The notes beneath the pieces are model-generated. The model searched no databases, had not been told where the DNA came from, and saw nothing but the letters and a program-made list of their open reading frames with translations. The translations under genes were made by a program, and so were the position numbers. Below, in pieces: positions 36,813 through 41,183 of a stretch of 41,183 nt of DNA. Numbering within the stretch: the stretch's first letter is position 1; every line of letters begins with the position of its first letter. The stretch is from Octopus bimaculoides (taxonomy: Eukaryota), in contig NC_069004.1 of assembly GCF_001194135.2 (NCBI RefSeq), positions 34,304,484 through 34,345,666 of the forward strand. The letters are read 5' to 3'.

Positions 36813-38450
36813 TTTCACCTCCCTATAAGGAAACAGAACGAAGCCTTAAACGTCTCATGTTTTCTTGAAAAGGTACCGTATCTCTAGGACGACAGCATTA
36901 TTTTAGACACAAAATCTTTCGTCGCACGCTCTCACAGAGGCTCTCGGCGTATATAATGCTTATTATACAGAACTGTATAGAACTGATTATTATACAGAAC
37001 TATTCAAACCCTCAATATGTCATGCTGAAGCCCTAATATATGAGGGCCTGGTAACACGGTTCATTATAACTGAGGCTTTGGCAAAGTAATAAATGAATAT
37101 GTGTTGTGTTAAATCAACATGAAGTGGACGCCATCAATTTTGTTAATATACGGCAGAAGTCCTATTTAAAATACAGCAACCACCACCACAACAACAATAG
37201 CAACAACATGAAATAGTAATAACTACTCCTCACTCCGCATTCCAGTCAATAAAAATGATATTAAAAAGTTTAAAAAAATGACTATTAAAGATGATGAAAT
37301 TATATGCGAAGTTACTATTTAAATCAAATTTTCCTTGAATGGAGAATAATATTTAAATATATATATATATATTTAACTTATGTACACTCCCAAAAGTGTA
37401 TATATCCACAAACTGATTGAGAGATATATGTAAAATTCCGTGTTCGTACGTGTGTGTGTATATGTGTGTGTGTGTCTGTAAAAATGTAATATACACATAT
37501 GTATTTATGAAAATTGAACGAAATATTTTTATTGCGAAGGATAAAAAGACCAAGGTCAAAATTAACATAATAATAATAATAATAATAATGTTGATAATAA
37601 AAATAATGAAAATAATAATGATGATAAGATTACTAGAAAACGATATTTAAAACAAAACTTATTAAAAGGAAAAAGGCGTTTCTACAAGATTGTATTTNNN
37701 NNNNNNNNNNNNNNNNNNNNNNNNNNNNNNNNNNNNNNNNNNNNNNNNNNNNNNNNNNNNNNNNNNNNNNNNNNNNNNNNNNNNNNNNNNNNNNNNNNNN
37801 NNNNNNNNNNNNNNNNNNNNNNNNNNNNNNNNNNNNNNNNNNNNNNNNNNNNNNNNNNNNNNNNNNNNNNNNNNNNNNNNNNNNNNNNNNNNNNNNNNNN
37901 NNNNNNNNNNNNNNNNNNNNNNNNNNNNNNNNNNNNNNNNNNNNNNNNNNNNNNNNNNNNNNNNNNNNNNNNNNNNNNNNNNNNNNNNNNNNNNNNNNNN
38001 NNNNNNNNNNNNNNNNNNNNNNNNNNNNNNNNNNNNNNNNNNNNNNNNNNNNNNNNNNNNNNNNNNNNNNNNNNNNNNNNNNNNNNNNNNNNNNNNNNNN
38101 NNNNNNNNNNNNNNNNNNNNNNNNNNNNNNNNNNNNNNNNNNNNNNNNNNNNNNNNNNNNNNNNNNNNNNNNNNNNNNNNNNNNNNNNNNNNNNNNNNNN
38201 NNNNNNNNNNNNNNNNNNNNNNNNNNNNNNNNNNNNNNNNNNNNNNNNNNNNNNNNNNNNNNNNNNNNNNNNNNNNNNNNNNNNNNNNNNNNNNNNNNNN
38301 NNNNNNNNNNNNNNNNNNNNNNNNNNNNNNNNNNNNNNNNNNNNNNNNNNNNNNNNNNNNNNNNNNNNNNNNNNNNNNNNNNNNNNNNNNNNNNNNNNNN
38401 NNNNNNNNNNNNNNNNNNNNNNNNNNNNNNNNNNNNNNNNNNNNNNNNNN

Positions 38451-38498
<48 letters not shown>

Positions 38499-39779
38499 GT
38501 GTATATATAAATAAAATGTAATCCTGTAATCCTTGATGTATCTAATTTTATGTAGAGAATTTCTAACTATCAAGATTTTACAACCAGGCAAATTACAAAC
38601 GCTGGAACATTTTCCTTTTTTCATCTTCCTATCCTACTTACCAGTTTTCTTTCCCTCTCTTTCTCTCTCTTGCTCCCTTTTTCTCTCCTTATATTTCACT
38701 CTTGCAATCATTTTCTCTGCGACGTCTTCCTCTTAGGACCATTTCTCTTTTCCGTTTCCACAGTCACTCCTTAGATGCAAGAAACGAAGTGACTGTGTGT
38801 TGCCTTTATGTATATTTGTGTTTGTTTGTAAATGTATTATTTATCTTTCCCCCCCACCACCACCACCACACATATGCTCGCATATATGTGTTTTTGCGTG
38901 TGAATTATGCTGTTTTTTCTGTATAAAGACTAGAAAAACATTACAGATATTGGTGAATTTCTCAAAATTTTGCGACAAAAATTCTTGCCTAGAAACACTG
39001 TGTTGCCAAGCTAATTTTCAACGGTGCTGTATCATCATTAATTTCCTCAGTGCTTTGACTGGTCATTTAAAGATGTGCATGTACACAACTATTCCTGAAT
39101 CATATTTAAACAATGTTGCGTATGATTTACATAGCGTTCAGCGTTGAAACAGTTGTAGTGAATTGTAAAATCGCATGTTCAGTCCATCTCCTCGTATTGA
39201 AATTCTGTTTATACTCCACGGTTATTCGCGGATTTCCACGTGTGCAGAAGTCCTACTGTATGATAACATTTGGTAGCCGATACCCGGATTGAAGCTTTGA
39301 AAAGCACACTACAAGGTTATAATCAGATTATATATTTATATGTATGATCCCCGTACTTGGCCAAACACACGCAGGAGTGCTAATGAGTTAAGTGGGTACT
39401 CAGCGAAATAACAATAATACAAAATATCTATCAAGTCAGTAACATAATTAATACAATATTAGCTGATTAATTTATGATATTAACCAGCCTGAAAATCAAC
39501 AATACACTTGAACAATTGTGAAGATCGCTCACATGAAACCATTGTTAACAAACAAATAAAAAATATATATAACCACGAATGTGGTCAGCAAAAAACAACG
39601 CTACTCAATGCAATGGTAGCGATCAATAATGTTTTATTTTGGTTGAGTAAGCTTGCTACTCTGAGTTTCATCTGTGAGGGCATAGGCTTTTTAAACAACT
39701 TATGGTTGTCGCAACTTTTTTGAAAAGCCTGTGTGCTCACAGGAGTAGTAAAGGACTCCTTGATGAAAATGAAATCTGA

Positions 39780-39835
<56 letters not shown>

Positions 39836-39911
39836 CTGTAATACATAGCAGAGGGATCGATAGATGCGTGTATGTTTGTGTGTGTATATACATATGTATA
39901 CACCCAGATAC

Positions 39912-39951
<40 letters not shown>

Positions 39952-41141
39952 GTGCCTTCACATATGCATGTATAAATATACACATATACCTATATCTATA
40001 CACATTTAAATATGCACCAATAAAATTTATATATATATATACATGTACATAGGTATAAAATATGTGTGTGTGAGCGCGCACACACTTAAAGTACGATGTA
40101 TAGGAGTGCGTATGCACTTGAATAGTAGTAAATGGGTATATATATGTAGGTGTGTGTATGTTTATTTGTGCGGTGTATGTGTGTCTGAACTCATGTTAGG
40201 TTAATTTTGTTTTCTTTTTTCTCCTTCGATTTATTGCCAAAAACACCCACCAACAAAACAAAACATAGTTTTCTTTCTTCGCTCAACAAATGAGGCACTT
40301 TTGTTATTGTAAAGATTAAATTTTTCCGCAAAATGAGACAGATACGGGGTGTGGTGGTGTTCATTCGAGATTTCTTATTCACTATGTCTCTTTCTGTAAC
40401 GAACATGTCTGTTATGTATGTGCGCATATGTCAATATATAGTTTATACGTATACATATATATGTATATACATACTTAGGTGTATCTATGAAAAAATATAT
40501 GTGAATGTTTATGTGTTTTGAGGGTACTGTATGCATGCACGAGAAACATACAATTATATCAGACACGCACGAAAATTATTCTGGGAAAAAAGAAAATAAT
40601 GACAATCATGAAAATAATAATAATAATGGTCACAATACTGATAATTTATTATTACAATAATGGAATTAATAATAATAAATTATAACGCAAACAATAAACA
40701 TAAGAAAAAACGACAATAATAATAATAATGACAACAGAGGCAATGCTAAAGAATGCAATCAATACGCAAATCCGTCAAGGAATATAAAAAAAACAACAGA
40801 CAACTAATTGAAGTCTATGCCGGTTCTCGTATGGAACGCAAAATCTCGTACGGACTTTTTTTCGTTTCCCTTTTTTTTTTCGATTTTAACGAGACTGTCA
40901 AATATAATTATGCTGACTTCAATAATACTTTCTCGTTTTTACGTATTTCGTTTCGTTAAATGTTATTATATTCCAATTTCTACAACTTCCCGTCAACTGT
41001 CAAACTACCTCCACCATCTTTGTTTCTTAATAGCTAGCATTTCCACTCAATTATATATATATCTGCCAGTGTGTCTATGCACGCGTTTGTATTCTCTGTG
41101 TGTGTGTGTATGTGCGCGCACACATATAGTATACAAATGTG

Positions 41142-41183
<42 letters not shown>

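Larger units (their letters stand above)
6545..38450. other. Eleven assembly gaps (~4.2 kb in total): 6545-7194, 13035-13273, 16268-16541, 17182-17394, 20805-21702, 23882-23926, 24234-24603, 26711-27334, ~29165-29285, 34817-34826, 37698-38450
   Basis: N runs, nearly all flanked by simple repeats. Exons could be hidden in them. Confidence 0.99.
1..41183. repeat. Pervasive di- and tetranucleotide microsatellites: (CA)n, (TA)n, (GA)n, (ATCT)n, (TATG)n
   Basis: Examples: (CA)n ~1035-1122, 14608-14655, 20748-20804; (TA)n ~2716-2766, 9462-9518, 32575-32658; (ATCT)n ~13562-13592, 39912-39950; (TATG)n ~33693-33728. Confidence 0.98.

Noticed and set aside
52-41183. Long ORFs in the supplied track (poly-HT, YI, CV, X, poly-M/T/N)
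   Set aside because: They are translations of microsatellites, triplet tracts or N-gaps, with no domain content.

Overview
Eukaryotic, AT-rich, repeat-saturated sequence that looks mostly intronic or intergenic. The extreme (CA)n/(TA)n/(GA)n/triplet microsatellite load and the tRNA-derived SINE families match what I recall of octopod cephalopod genomes (Octopus-like); this taxon call is an inference. About 4.2 kb (~10%) is N-gap, mostly next to microsatellites. None of the long ORFs in the supplied track is a real gene: they are microsatellite or N read-throughs. Well supported: a 421-bp internally deleted mariner with TIRs and TA target duplications (22207-22631), a decayed RTE-clade LINE 3' end (8058-8411), about 20 SINE copies or fragments from three modular families (including four head-to-tail copies at 19078-19900), and several minisatellites. 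Weaker: L1/Tx1-like and CR1-like LINE remnants. One plausible host coding exon lies on the minus strand (4848-4734, 38 codons, product not recognised). Three small, weaker candidate exons can be joined to it in phase to give a signal-anchor plus Ser/Thr-stem protein over ~30 kb, but that model is speculative and not unique. No CRISPR, rRNA, intact tRNA or prokaryote-type system is present, and I found no strong evidence of a novel biological system.
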